NCBI GenBank assembly: GCA_963850305.1
Contig: CAWKKR010000004.1
Location: forward strand, 512,001-576,000
Length of the DNA stretch: 64,000 nucleotides
DNA from: an uncultured delta proteobacterium
GTDB taxonomy: Bacteria; Myxococcota_A; Polyangia; Polyangiales; Polyangiaceae
Direction: 5' to 3'
Below, one piece after another: positions 29,232 to 39,545 of this stretch. Numbering within the stretch: the first letter of the stretch is position 1; the number at the start of each line of letters is the position of its first letter. The position numbers and the translations under genes were made by a program. The notes under the pieces are model-generated. The model saw nothing but the letters and a program-made list of their open reading frames with translations, was not told where the DNA came from and did not search any database.

Positions 29232-29945
29232 CTACGAGGGACCGTCGCCGAGGACGTACCCGTGACTGCGCGCTAGCCAGGCGAGGACGTCGATGGTCGA
29301 GACGATGCCGACGACGCGGCCAGCCGCGGAAACGACCGGCAGGCGGTGCACGTGTTCGCACGCCATCAGTGCCGCGGCTTTTGCGATCGTCTCGTTGACG
29401 GGAAGACAGAAGGCGATCGGCATCATGATGTCACCGACGGTTGGTGTCGAGGGAGCCGCGAGGTCGCCGTACGACAACCTAATCAGGTTCGTCTTGGAGA
29501 CGACACCGAGGGGACGCCCCTCGTCGTCGACGACCGGTGCGCCGCTGATCCCCCTTTCGAGAAACAGGGCCCCCAGAGCCTCAGCGCCGAGGTCCGCCGT
29601 GACGCAGATCACGTGCCTGGTCATGATCTCCGAAACGAGAGCAAAGTCAGCGCTCCCTGCTTTCGTGGGCGCACGGGAAACGTTGCCGGATCGACTGGAA
29701 ACGGCCTCTTCGTCGGAAAGGCGACACGAGATGAGCACCCCCCGTGCGTCGGGACTCGTGCGGAGCCCGCCATGACGGGAGCAGTCGAAGCAAGCATCCA
29801 GGGCGGTATGCGATCCGCTCAACGGGCATGGCGCGACGAACTCAATCCGTAGGCTGTCCTTTCCCAAGGTCTGCCGCGAATGAAGCGAGGAACTGACGAG
29901 CCTGTAGCCCGCATTTTCCAGTCTGTCCTGTCCATGATCGTTCAT
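29232..29945 (-). CDS. CBS-domain protein with Cys-containing N-terminal extension
   Basis: CBS pair (VSEIMTRHV..., ISGAPVVD..G.PLGVVS, VHRLPVV...G.VVGIVS). AAGGAAG RBS before the ATG at 29945. Confidence 0.8.
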   Translation of the reverse strand: MNDHGQDRLENAGYRLVSSSLHSRQTLGKDSLRIEFVAPCPLSGSHTALDACFDCSRHGGLRTSPDARGVLISCRLSDEEAVSSRSGNVSRAPTKAGSADFALVSEIMTRHVICVTADLGAEALGALFLERGISGAPVVDDEGRPLGVVSKTNLIRLSYGDLAAPSTPTVGDIMMPIAFCLPVNETIAKAAALMACEHVHRLPVVSAAGRVVGIVSTIDVLAWLARSHGYVLGDGPS

Positions 29946-29992
29946 CTCGACTTCCTTTCTTGGCCGCGCCTCATGCGCTCGGGGGCTTTCAT

Positions 29993-30008
29993 TGCAACGA
30001 ATCGGCCA
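29993..30008 (-). promoter_or_regulatory. sigma54 -24/-12 promoter of CBS-osmC unit
   Basis: Minus strand TGGCCGATTCGTTGCA (GG-N10-GC). Confidence 0.7.
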
Positions 30009-30052
30009 ACTTGGACCCACTGGAGAAAGCCTGGCGCCGCCTGGTGCCCGGA

Positions 30053-30067
30053 CTGCACTTCGTGCAC
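30053..30067. promoter_or_regulatory. Candidate enhancer (UAS) palindrome
   Basis: CTGCACTTCGTGCAC (reverse complement GTGCACGAAGTGCAG), upstream of the CBS sigma54 motif. Confidence 0.4.
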
Positions 30068-30123
30068 CGCTCCGCGGGTTCTGCGTGTGCCGATGCCTGG
30101 TTGGCTTCCCAAGGAGGGGCGAG

Positions 30124-30152
30124 TTGACCAGGCGCCCGCACGTACGCAGATT
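30124..30152 (+). promoter_or_regulatory. Possible sigma70-type promoter of trxC
   Basis: TTGACC-N17-CAGATT, ending 6 nt before the GTG start. Confidence 0.3.
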
Positions 30153-30158
30153 TGCGGC

Positions 30159-30593
30159 GTGCTGACATTCCGATGCGAGTCCTGCGGCGGGTTGAATCGT
30201 GTTCCCGCGGCCAAGCTGGCGCAAAAGCCCGTGTGCGGCCGCTGCAAGCAGCGACTGGACGTGTCGGGCGCTCCGCAAGCCGTGAACGAAGGAGAGCTCT
30301 CGGGCGCCATCGCGGGGTCGCCGATCCCGGTGCTCGTCGACTTCTGGGCGCCGTGGTGTGGCCCGTGTCGAATGGCCGCACCCATCCTCGAGCGGATTGC
30401 GCGCGCGCGTGCTGGTCGGTTGCTCGTGCTCAAAATCAACGGCGACGAAAATCCGTCCGTGTCTGCGCGGCACCGGGTCCAGGGGATCCCCGCGTTCATC
30501 GCGTTCCGGGACGGTGTCGAGGCCGCCAGGCAGGTTGGCCTCCTGCCGGAACCGGCGTTTGCCCGCTGGGTGGATGGTTTCGTAGCGGCGTGA
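30159..30593 (+). CDS. trxC: Thioredoxin 2 (Zn-finger thioredoxin)
   Basis: N-terminal CESC...NR...CGRC zinc motif and VDFWAPWCGPC active site. Confidence 0.92.
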   Translation: MLTFRCESCGGLNRVPAAKLAQKPVCGRCKQRLDVSGAPQAVNEGELSGAIAGSPIPVLVDFWAPWCGPCRMAAPILERIARARAGRLLVLKINGDENPSVSARHRVQGIPAFIAFRDGVEAARQVGLLPEPAFARWVDGFVAA

Positions 30594-30714
30594 CTGCCCC
30601 GCGATGAACCAGGGAATCGACGTTACCTGCGTCAGTTGCGGAGTCCCAGCCTTGGGTTCCAGGATGGGAGGAGCGTGGCACTGGAGGACGCCGTTCCCCC
30701 GCCGCAATCCGTAG

Positions 30715-31155
30715 CTACTTCGCCCCGCGGACCGTCAGGACCGGAACGGGCGACGTTCGTACGATCTTCTCTGCAACGCTTCCGAGAAGGGCGCGCTCGA
30801 AGCCTCGCCGCCCATGCGTCCCCATGACGATGAGGTCGGCACGCACCTCCCTCGCGCAGTCGAGCGTTTCGCTCCAGGGTACGCCGATGCGGAGAACGGC
30901 CTGTACCGAAGGCAACCGCTTCCGAAGGGCGGCCAGCGTCGCATCGAGCTGTCGTTGCGCGGCCTCTTGAACGGGCGTCAAGACGTCGATGGGGCCCACG
31001 GTCATGCCGGGGTATCCGTAAAGGGGCAGCTCGACGGCGTGAAACAACGTCAACGACGCTTGGTATCGCGTGGCAAGGTCGATGGCGACCTCGAGTGCTT
31101 GCTCGGACGAGTCGGAGAAATCCGTCGGAACCAGGATGCGCTTGATATCGACCAT
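30715..31155 (-). CDS. Universal stress protein (UspA family)
   Basis: ILVPTDFS...; DLIVMGTHGRRG....LLGSVAEKIVR.SPVPVLTV. Confidence 0.93.
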   Translation of the reverse strand: MVDIKRILVPTDFSDSSEQALEVAIDLATRYQASLTLFHAVELPLYGYPGMTVGPIDVLTPVQEAAQRQLDATLAALRKRLPSVQAVLRIGVPWSETLDCAREVRADLIVMGTHGRRGFERALLGSVAEKIVRTSPVPVLTVRGAK

Positions 31156-31186
31156 CAGGGTTGTCCTCGCTGTCGTCGTGGACAGT

Positions 31187-31672
31187 TCATTTGTGGACCG
31201 CGGACTGCGACTCGTGGTGGGTTCTCGGCAGTCGCGCCGTGATTGCGCCGAAGAGCGAGTCGATGAGTGATGCACGTTCGGACTCCGGCACGTGTTCGTC
31301 GGCCCACGCGTAAAGCATCTGGTCCTCGCGGTGCGCGTGCGCTCTGAGTTCGTCGATGAAGGCGCGCGCCGTCTCTGCTCTGACCGCGTGCAGATCCACG
31401 CACGTCCCGAGCTCGAGCAAGCGCTTGCGAATGAGCTCGTGCTCTTTGAGCATGGCGCGGGCCTCGACTTCGTTCGTTCGAAGGAGTGCGGGAATCAGGT
31501 ACCGCTCTTCGACGTCGATGTGGGCGAGCAACTCGGAGTCGAACTTGGTCCAGGTAGCACACACGCCTTCGCGGTCGTCCGCCTCGAACGCCGCGATCAG
31601 ACTGTCGAAAAGACGCTCCAACCGTTTGTGGTCGGAGAGCAGCTGTTCGCGAATCTTGGTCGAGTCGGACAT
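31187..31672 (-). CDS. Hemerythrin/HHE cation-binding domain protein
   Basis: DH..LE..F, HI.VEE..L.P, EH..I and HA.RED..LY are di-iron-type motifs. Confidence 0.82.
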   Translation of the reverse strand: MSDSTKIREQLLSDHKRLERLFDSLIAAFEADDREGVCATWTKFDSELLAHIDVEERYLIPALLRTNEVEARAMLKEHELIRKRLLELGTCVDLHAVRAETARAFIDELRAHAHREDQMLYAWADEHVPESERASLIDSLFGAITARLPRTHHESQSAVHK

Positions 31673-31684
31673 GTCCCACGTCCG

Positions 31685-31700
31685 AGCAAGGCGCGTGCCG
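31685..31700 (-). promoter_or_regulatory. sigma54 -24/-12 promoter of hemerythrin-usp unit
   Basis: Minus strand CGGCACGCGCCTTGCT, 13 nt to the ATG. Confidence 0.75.
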
Positions 31701-31834
31701 CGGCTACCGAGCGAATTCTCAGGGGACCAGCGTGACGACCGACCCGTGAGCGACGGGAGCTTCGATGAAGCGCCGAGGTCCGCTGGCAAACCCCCGGGGC
31801 TCGCGGTGAATCCGAATGCCCGTTCTGCGCCGGG

Positions 31835-31849
31835 GCGCAATCCGTGCGC
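31835..31849. promoter_or_regulatory. Candidate enhancer (UAS) palindrome between divergent sigma54 promoters
   Basis: GCGCAATCCGTGCGC, ~135 and ~100 bp from the two promoters. Its reverse complement is 14/15 identical to 52149-52163. Confidence 0.5.
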
Positions 31850-31947
31850 CTCCGCGTTTGATCCCCGAGCGCTCTCGAGGCAGGTCGCAACGAAGCATGC
31901 CGACCGCATGGCCTGCGGACGCGCTCCGGCGGCGCTGCCCAGGCGCT

Positions 31948-31963
31948 TGGCCGTTAAATTGCT
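31948..31963 (+). promoter_or_regulatory. sigma54 -24/-12 promoter of CBS-pfk unit
   Basis: TGGCCGTTAAATTGCT, 13 nt to the ATG. Confidence 0.72.
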
Positions 31964-31975
31964 TTTGCACCTTGC

Positions 31976-32425
31976 ATGTCCGCAGGTATCCATTCTCGGT
32001 CCGAATTGCCACCTCGCCTGGATCCGCCGATCCGCATCAAGCAATGCATGACCGCTGCGCCGCACTCGATCGGCAAAGATCAGCCGCTCGCCGTTGCCGG
32101 CCGGGTCATGCGCCTGCACAGCATTCGCCACCTGCCGGTCCTCGATGAGAACAAGCTCGTCGGGATTCTGTCGGAGCGCGATGTTCACCTCGTCGGCTCG
32201 GTTGCAGGCGTGGATCTGGAGCAAGTCGCCGTCGAGCGCGGCATGCACGAGGACGTCTATTGCGTGTCGCCGGAATCCCGCGTGGAGGACGTAGTCACGC
32301 AGATGGCGGACCACCGATACGGTTCGGTGGCCGTCGTCGAGCACGGCAAGGTGATCGGTCTCTTCACGACGACCGACGCGCTGCGCCTTCTCGCGAGGCA
32401 GCTGCACGAGTCCGGTGATTCATGA
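31976..32425 (+). CDS. CBS-domain protein
   Basis: CMT..P.SI, IRHLPVLDENKLVGILSERD and YGS..VV..GKVIGLFTTTD motifs. Confidence 0.88.
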   Translation: MSAGIHSRSELPPRLDPPIRIKQCMTAAPHSIGKDQPLAVAGRVMRLHSIRHLPVLDENKLVGILSERDVHLVGSVAGVDLEQVAVERGMHEDVYCVSPESRVEDVVTQMADHRYGSVAVVEHGKVIGLFTTTDALRLLARQLHESGDS

Positions 32426-33556
32426 CACGAGAACGCGGCAAACCGATGCGTGTCTGCCTGGTCGTCGGAGGAGGGGACGCCCCCGGAGTGAACGCCGTGA
32501 TCCGCGGCTTCACGCATGCGGCCCGTCGCTTCTCGATAGAGGTGCTCGGCAGCAGATACGGCTTCGAGGGAATGATCGACCCGGCGGGGATCGCGCCCGT
32601 TTCCCTTGCGGACATCCGCGGGATCTTGCCCAGGGGCGGATGTGTCCTCGGTTGTTCGACCCGCACCAACCCGTTCTTCGTTTCCACGCCCCACGAAGGA
32701 ACCCGCAATCTGGGTCCAGAGATCGTCCATCGGCTGCGGTCCTCGGGGGTCGACGCGCTGGTGCTGGTCGGCGGTGACGGGACGATGCTGGCCGCCGGAC
32801 GTTTTTCCGAGCTGGGAATGCCGTGCGTGGGCATTCCAAAGACGATCGACAACGACCTCGGTCAGACCGACCCGGCGTGCGGCTTCGACAGTGCCGTCGA
32901 GACCGCGACCGCCGCGGTCGACGCCTTGCATTCGACGGCCGAAGCCCACGCGCGCGTCATGCTCGTCGAGGTCATGGGGCGAAACGCCGGATTCATCGCG
33001 CTGCATGCGGGACTGGCGGGCGGCGCGGACGTGATTCTCGTCCCGGAAATCCCGTATCGTCTGGACCGCGTCGTCGAGAAGATTCGCGAACGCGAGGCCC
33101 TGGGATTGCGATTTTCCGATCATCGTCGTGGCTGAAGGGGCAGCACCTGCCGGAGGCCATATCCTCGAGATCGAAGAGGGCCGCCCAGGCCACCTTCCGC
33201 GCCTCGGTGGGGCAGGAGCTCGTCTGGTTTCCGAGCTCGAAGGAGCCCATCTCGGACACGAGGTGCGATTGACCGTCCTGGGGCACCTCCAGCGCGGAGG
33301 CTCGCCGTCCGCGTTCGATCGCAACCTCGGAACGCGACTTGGCACCTACGCCGCCGAGCTGTGCCACAGAGGCGAGCTCGGCCGCCGGATCGTGACGCGC
33401 GACGGGGAACTCGCTTCCTTGTCGCTGTCGGAGCCCATCGCGCACAAGCGGGTTGCCACGACCGATTCGCTGGTAAGCGCCGCGCGACTCATCGGCATCG
33501 AGTTCGGGGACTCGGTTCCCGTCCTCGAGTCGGACCGCGCCCCGATCGGCCACTGA
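32422..33556 (+). CDS. pfkA: 6-phosphofructokinase (PfkA family), split by one frameshift at ~33116
   Basis: GGDAPG.NA, GGDGT, PKTIDND and EVMGR in frame 1; AEGA and LGHLQRGGSP..FDR in frame 2. Removing one C from TTTTCCGATC restores FSIIVVAEG. Confidence 0.9.
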
Positions 33557-33619
33557 GGGGTCGCGCGCTCCCCGAGCGGAGCGAAGCGGAGGACCGATCG
33601 AGGCGAGCCCCGGGGATGG

Positions 33620-34614
33620 CTATCGCTGCTCTCCGAGCATGCGGGCGTAGTTGAGCCGCTCCCACGCGTGGGGATCCGGCGCGGAGCGCAGATCGAGAAC
33701 GCCGCGCGCTTCGGCGCTCGACCGGTACCCCTTTTCGTTCAGGACGCTCACGAGCTCGTCTCGAATGACGGCGGCATATCGCGGGCCGTGCACGAGCAGC
33801 ACGGAGGCCAGCTGCACGACGTGAGCGCCGCTCAAGATGCTCTTCGCCGCGTCCCGCCCGGAGTGCACTCCGCCCGTGCACCCGAGAGACAGCCCGGACG
33901 TCGTGGAAAGCACGGCGAGGGCGTGCAAGCGGAGCGGCAGTTCGGCAGGCGTCGACAGGACCAGCCGCCGATCGACGTCGAGCGTGTCGAGGTCTATGTC
34001 GGGCTGGTAAAAGCGGTTGAAGACCGTGGCGCCACGGGCACCCGCCTGTTCCAGCTGGGCCACGAACGACGGGACGGATGCATAGAACGGCGTCAACTTC
34101 ACGTTCACGGGTAGAGCCACGGCCTCGACCACTGCTCGAACGACGTGGAGCTGTCGTCGTTCGACCGCCGCGCCCGTCTCGTCCGCGGACGTGGCGACCT
34201 CGTAAAGGTTCAGCTCGAGCGCGCTCGCGCCGGCGGCCTCGAGCCGTTTGGCATACGAGGTCCACCCGCCCGGGGTCGTCCCGTTGAGCGAAGCGACGAT
34301 CGGCACGTCGACGCGCTTTCTGAGACGTTCGAGCTCCGCGAGGTACGGCTCGGCGTCCACGGGGAACACGTCTTGCGGACCGAGGACACTCGTCGCCTCC
34401 GCGTCGTGGTCGACTCGCGCGTCGAAGAACCGATGGGCGGCCATCTGCTCGTGAACGAGCTGCTCCTCGAAAAGCGAGTGCATCACGACGGCGCCGGCCC
34501 CCGCTTCGACGGCAGCGGCGATCGCCTCGGGATCCTTCGAGAGCGGGCTCGCCGACGACGACGAGCGGGCTTCGCAAGGGGAGTCCGAGCCATGTCGGTG
34601 GCCAGGTCAATCAT
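33620..34614 (-). CDS. Dihydroorotate dehydrogenase-like flavoprotein (nifJ-associated), two frameshifts in first ~70 nt
   Basis: Reconstructed N-terminus MIDLATTWLGLPLRSPLVV.ASPLS; SLFEEQ, ASLNG, ELNLY, VKLTP, FNRFYQPDID and GGVHSG motifs. ATGA overlap with the nifJ stop. Confidence 0.8.
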
Positions 34615-37600
34615 TGGTACGTCTCCGCGAGGGGAAGGTGGATGCGCGCGAGCTGCTCGTAGAGCGCAGCGCCGTTGTTTCACCGCGCACGCGAGACGCG
34701 GCGAGCAGCGCCGCGTATCGCTCCGGCGAGCGGAGCTCCACCATCCGAAACCGCGCTTCGTTCTCCATGTACGTTCGCGACGTCGAGCTTCGCCGGGCCC
34801 GAGTCGAGGATCAGCGGGGCCTCACCTGCGATCGATCCGGTCGCGGATCGAACCGATAGAGCGGCCACATGCCGCTGTCGATTGCCCGCTTCTGCTGTGA
34901 CGGCGAATGAACGAGGTCGTAGCCGTGAGCGATGCAGGGGCTGTGGGCGATGAGGAGGGAAGGCCGGGGTGGCGCTCGGCTTCGAGGAACGCCTCCACCG
35001 TCTGGGCGCTGCGTGACTGCATCGCGACCTCCGCGACGTAGACATGCCCGTAGCTCATCGCGAGCAGGCCCAGGTCTTTCTTGCGTGTCGACTTGCCCGC
35101 AGTCGCAAACTTCGCGGCCGCGCCGAGGGGCGTGGCCTTGGACTGCTGCCCGCCGGTGTTGGAGTAGACCTCGGTATCGAGGACGAGAACATTGACGTTC
35201 TTGCCGGAAGCGAGCACGTGGTCGAGGCCGCCGTAGCCGATATCGTAAGCCCATCCGTCGCCGCCCACGATCCAGACGGCTCGTCGGCACGAGGGCGGCG
35301 CGCCAGCTCTCGAAGCGCCCGGGCCTCGGGAGAGGCGTCGTGTTCGAGGATCGCGACGAGCGCGCGCCACGCGCTCGCGCTGTGCGTCGAGCCACGAGTC
35401 GTTCGCTCCCACATCGAGGAGCGCCTCGACGAGCGCCGCGCCGAGACGCCCCGCCATCGAACCGAGGCAGCGCGTTCGCGCGCTCGGCGCGCGACGTCCA
35501 GCGCGAGGCGCATACCGAGACCGAACTCGGCATTGTCTTCGAAGAGCGAGTTGGACCACGCCGGGCCGTGGCCGTCGCGATTCTTGGTGTACGGAGTCGT
35601 CGGCAGATTCCCGCCGTAGATCGACGAGCAGCCCGTGGCATTGGCGATCAGGAGATGATCGCCGAAGAGCTGGGTGAGGAGACGCAGGTACGGCGTCTCG
35701 CCACAACCGGCGCACGCCCCCGAGAACTCGAACAGCGGCAGCGCGGAGCGCCGCCGTTCGCTTGTTGATTGCGCGAGCCCCTCGAGCGGCGCAGACTGGA
35801 GCGTCAGGAAGAATGCGAAGGCCTCCCGCTCCGCGTCGCGGTTCGCCTCGAGCGGCCCCGAGACGAGCGCCTTGCGGCGCGGTTGCAGCCGGTCCTTCGC
35901 CGGGCAGACCTCGATGCAGAGCCCGCAGCCCGTGCAATCCTCGGGCGCGACCTGAACGGAGTACTGAAGCCCTTTCAACGACGACTCGAACGTCTCTGGG
36001 ACCGAACGGAAACTCGCCGGGGCCCGTGCGAGCTGCGCGGGGTCGAAGACCTTGGTCTGGATTGCCGTATGCGGGCAGACCATCGAACAGAAGTTGCACT
36101 GGACGCAGACGTCGGGTTGCCAGATCGGGATCTCCAGGGCGAGGGCGCGCTTCTCGAACCGACTCGTCCCGGTGGGCCAGGTGCCGTCGGGCGGGAAGGC
36201 GCTCACGGGTAGATCGTCGCCTCGGCCTTCCATCAGAAGCCTCGTCACTCGCTGAACGAACTCGGGCGCCTGCACCGGCACCGTGGGAGCTCGCTGGCGC
36301 TCGGTCGAGACCTCCGTGGGTACCGCTATCTCGTGCAGCTCGGCGAGCGCGGATTCGACCGCACTCATGTTGCGCTTGACGATCTCCGGGACCACGCCGT
36401 CCCCAGGTCTCCTCGATGGAGCGCCTCACGAACATCATGGCCTGCTCGAGAGGCAGGACCTTCGACAGCGCGAAGAAGCAGGCTTGCATGACCGTATTGA
36501 TTCGTCGTCCGAGTCCTGCGTGCTCCGCGACGCCATAGCCGTCGATGACGAACAGGCGACATCGCGAGCGTACGAGCTGCCCCTGCACCTCCAGCGGCAG
36601 CGAAGCCCAGACACGCTCCGGGGGAAGCGGCGTGTTCAAGAGCACCGTCGTCCCTTCCATCGCCGCGGACAGTACGTCTCTCCGCTCGAGAAACCCCGGG
36701 TCATGAACGGCGATGAACTGCGCGCGCCGGATGCGATACGTCGAGCGGATGACACGGGGCCCGAAGCGCAGGTGCGACGTCGTGGTGGAACCGGCTTTTC
36801 TCGAGTCGTACTCGAAGTATCCTTGAGCGAAGAGCGACGTCTCCTCGCCGATGATCTTGATGGTCGCCTTGTTCGCCGAGACGGTTCCGTCGGCGCCCAA
36901 CCCGAAGAAGAGAGCGCGCGAGACGTCGTCCGGCTCGGGGTCGAAACTGGAGTCGACCGCGAGCGAGGAGCCGGACACGTCGTCTCGGATGCCGACCGTG
37001 AAATGTCGCTTCGGCTGCTCGGCCTTCATGTTGTCGAACACGGCCTTCACCATGGCCGGAGAGAACTCCTTGGATGCCAGGCCGTAGCGACCGCCGAGCA
37101 GTCGCGGGAGCGAGGGCAGGGTCCCACGCGCCCCGGCCTCCACGAGGGCAGACGTTACCTCCTGGAAAAGAGGCTCGCCGGATGCACCGGGCTCCTTCGT
37201 TCGATCGAGCACGGTGACCGCGAGCGCGCTGGGCGGGAGCGCAGCCAGGAAGTGGTCGACGGAGAAAGGACGAAACAGTCGAACCTTGACGACTCCCACG
37301 CGCTCGCCGTCGTCGAGCAAGCGTTCCACCGTTTCGTGCGCGCATTCGGCGCCGGATCCCATCAAAACGACCACGCGGTCCGCTTCGGGGTGACCGACGT
37401 AGTCGAACGGCCGATATCGACGTCCGGTCAGCTCGGCGAAGCGCTCCATGGTCTCGTGGACAACGGCCGGGAATCCCGCGTAGAACGGCTCGACCGCTTC
37501 GCGCGATTGAAAGTAAGCGTCCGGGTTCTGCGAGGTGCCGCGGACCACGGGGTGATCGGGATCGAGCGCACGAGCGCGATGCGATCGAACGGCGTCCTCG

Positions 37601-38193
37601 CCGAGCAGTGCTCTCAACGCCTCGTCTTCGAGGGGGAGAACCTTCGTGATCTCGTGCGACGTGCGAAACCCGTCGAAGAAATGAAGGACCGGGATTCGTC
37701 CGCGGAGCGTGGCGGCGTGACCGATGGCTGCCAGGTCCTGCGCCTCCTGGGCCGAACCCGAGCAAAGGAGCGCCATTCCGGTGCCGCGGGCAGCCATGAC
37801 GTCGGAGTGGTCTCCGAAGATCGACAGAGCGTGCGTCGCGACGGTGCGAGCCGCCACGTGCATGCAAAACGACGTGAGCTCGCCGGCGATCTTGAACAGG
37901 TTCGGAAGCATGAGGAGAAGCCCTTGCGACGCCGTGAACGTGGTCGCGAGCGCACCCGCCTGGAGCGCCCCATGAATCGCGCCCGCCGCCCCGCCTTCGG
38001 ACTGCATTTCGGTCACCGTCGGAATCGCCCCGAACACGTTGGGCCGACGGTCGGCGGACCAGGCATCCGCGTGCTCACCCATCACGGAGGCCGGCGTGAT
38101 CGGGTAAATGGCGATGACCTCGCTCGCTCGATACGCAACGTCGGCGACGGCCTCGTTGGCGTCCACGGTTCGATGGCGCGGCGACGTGGTCAA
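34611..38193 (-). CDS. nifJ: Pyruvate:ferredoxin/flavodoxin oxidoreductase (homodimeric PFOR), multiple frameshifts in 3' half
   Basis: YPITP, EMQSEGGAAG, FFDGFRTSHE, GLGADGTV, two CxxCxxCxxxCP clusters, FSGACAGCGET, ANATGCSSI, GGDGWAYDIG and CIAHG spread over three frames. Reconstructed end ALYEQLARIHLPLAETYQ*. Confidence 0.93.
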
Positions 38194-39545
38194 GGCTGCT
38201 CCTTCCCGACAAGTCCGAAGTGCTCACGCTGAACGGAGTGGTTGCTCGACAGACGTTCGGCGATCTTCTCCCCGCACCGCACCGCGCCCTCCACCCACGG
38301 GTGATTGAGATAATCCCCACAGAGCCAGACCCCCCCCTCGCCTTGCCCCTTGTTCCAGAAATCCTTCACTCGCGTGACCTGACCCGTCCCGTAGACCGGA
38401 ATCGCCCGGGGCAGTCGTTCGACAGAAAGCGAGGTAAGGTGCCCGTCGAACCTCGGAATCAAGCGACCGACCTCACCGGCCACGATGCGCGATACCGCCC
38501 CGTCTTCGACCTCGAATAGATCGTCCGCTCCCTCCTCGTGCAGCCAGACGCTCAGTACGCGTCGCGCTCCCGAGTCCAGGGGCTCGCACAGATCGTTGGA
38601 CACCCCGGAAACCAGCCGACTCTCGCAGAACGGGATCCAGGCGCCTTCAAAGGCCTTTGCGTGTTCGATGGCTACCGAGTAGGCGCACAGAATCGTCCGA
38701 GACGACACGGCCCGCTCGAGCACGTGCATTTGCGCTGCGGTCGGCGTCTTCAGCAGAGCGCGAGCCACCTCCGCCGTCGTCGCGACGACGGCGGCATCGC
38801 AGCGCGCGCTTCCGTCCGGCCACTCGACATCGACCCCGCCTCCGGACAGCGCCGAAACGGACCGTACCTCGACGCCGTATCGGACCGGGAGTTTCGCCGC
38901 TAGCGCCGACGGCAGACTTCGCATGTGCCCCCGAAGCGCGCACAGCCGAAACCGACCGCGCGACAGCAGGAGTGCGGCCAGTGCTTCGAAATACTTCGCA
39001 CTCATCTTGTTCGCGCCGTGGAAGTGGAACGTGCGGATGAACGCGTCGACGAGGTATGCGGTGGCTTCGTCGCCGACGTGTCGCCGCGCGAATGTCTCGC
39101 AATCCTCCGTGTCGAATGAGTCGCTGCCGACCGAGAGGTCGAAAAAGTCGACCTGGTGTTGCCACGTCCGGGCCTCGAGGAGCGTCAGGAAGAGTCGAAT
39201 TCTCGCCTCGAACGACAGGCCTCGGTACCGAAGGACGTCTCCGGGGCCGCCCGGAGAGAACGACGCGAGCTCGCGATCATGCACGACGCCGCCCTCGGCT
39301 CCGTCAGGAAGCTCGGTCCAGCGGTCACCCAAGCCAACCTCGGTGGCGAGCGCCCTGGTCCGCTCGTAGCTGTCGAGGAGCATGTGGGCTCCGGTATCGA
39401 TATCGAGACCGAGCGCCGTAGTCGTCCACATCCGGCCACCGGGGTGAGACGCCGCTTCGAGCACGTGAACCGTATGACCCGCCTGCCGAACTCGGAATGC
39501 AGCGGTGAGCCCGGAAATGCCTGCACCGACGACGACGATGTTCAC
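38190..39545 (-). CDS. FAD-dependent oxidoreductase, flavin amine oxidase / HemY-like family
   Basis: VVGAGISGL.AA..., LEA...GGR..T, D.GA and LCGDY.....VEGAV.CG motifs. Confidence 0.8.
   Translation of the reverse strand: MNIVVVGAGISGLTAAFRVRQAGHTVHVLEAASHPGGRMWTTTALGLDIDTGAHMLLDSYERTRALATEVGLGDRWTELPDGAEGGVVHDRELASFSPGGPGDVLRYRGLSFEARIRLFLTLLEARTWQHQVDFFDLSVGSDSFDTEDCETFARRHVGDEATAYLVDAFIRTFHFHGANKMSAKYFEALAALLLSRGRFRLCALRGHMRSLPSALAAKLPVRYGVEVRSVSALSGGGVDVEWPDGSARCDAAVVATTAEVARALLKTPTAAQMHVLERAVSSRTILCAYSVAIEHAKAFEGAWIPFCESRLVSGVSNDLCEPLDSGARRVLSVWLHEEGADDLFEVEDGAVSRIVAGEVGRLIPRFDGHLTSLSVERLPRAIPVYGTGQVTRVKDFWNKGQGEGGVWLCGDYLNHPWVEGAVRCGEKIAERLSSNHSVQREHFGLVGKEQP

Noticed and set aside
33620..34614. 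Bona fide pyrD
   Set aside because: Lacks the catalytic SCPN loop and has no pyrimidine-pathway context.
33111..36400. Programmed ribosomal frameshifting in pfk or nifJ
   Set aside because: Too many shifts, no recognisable slippery heptamers, and not known for these families.
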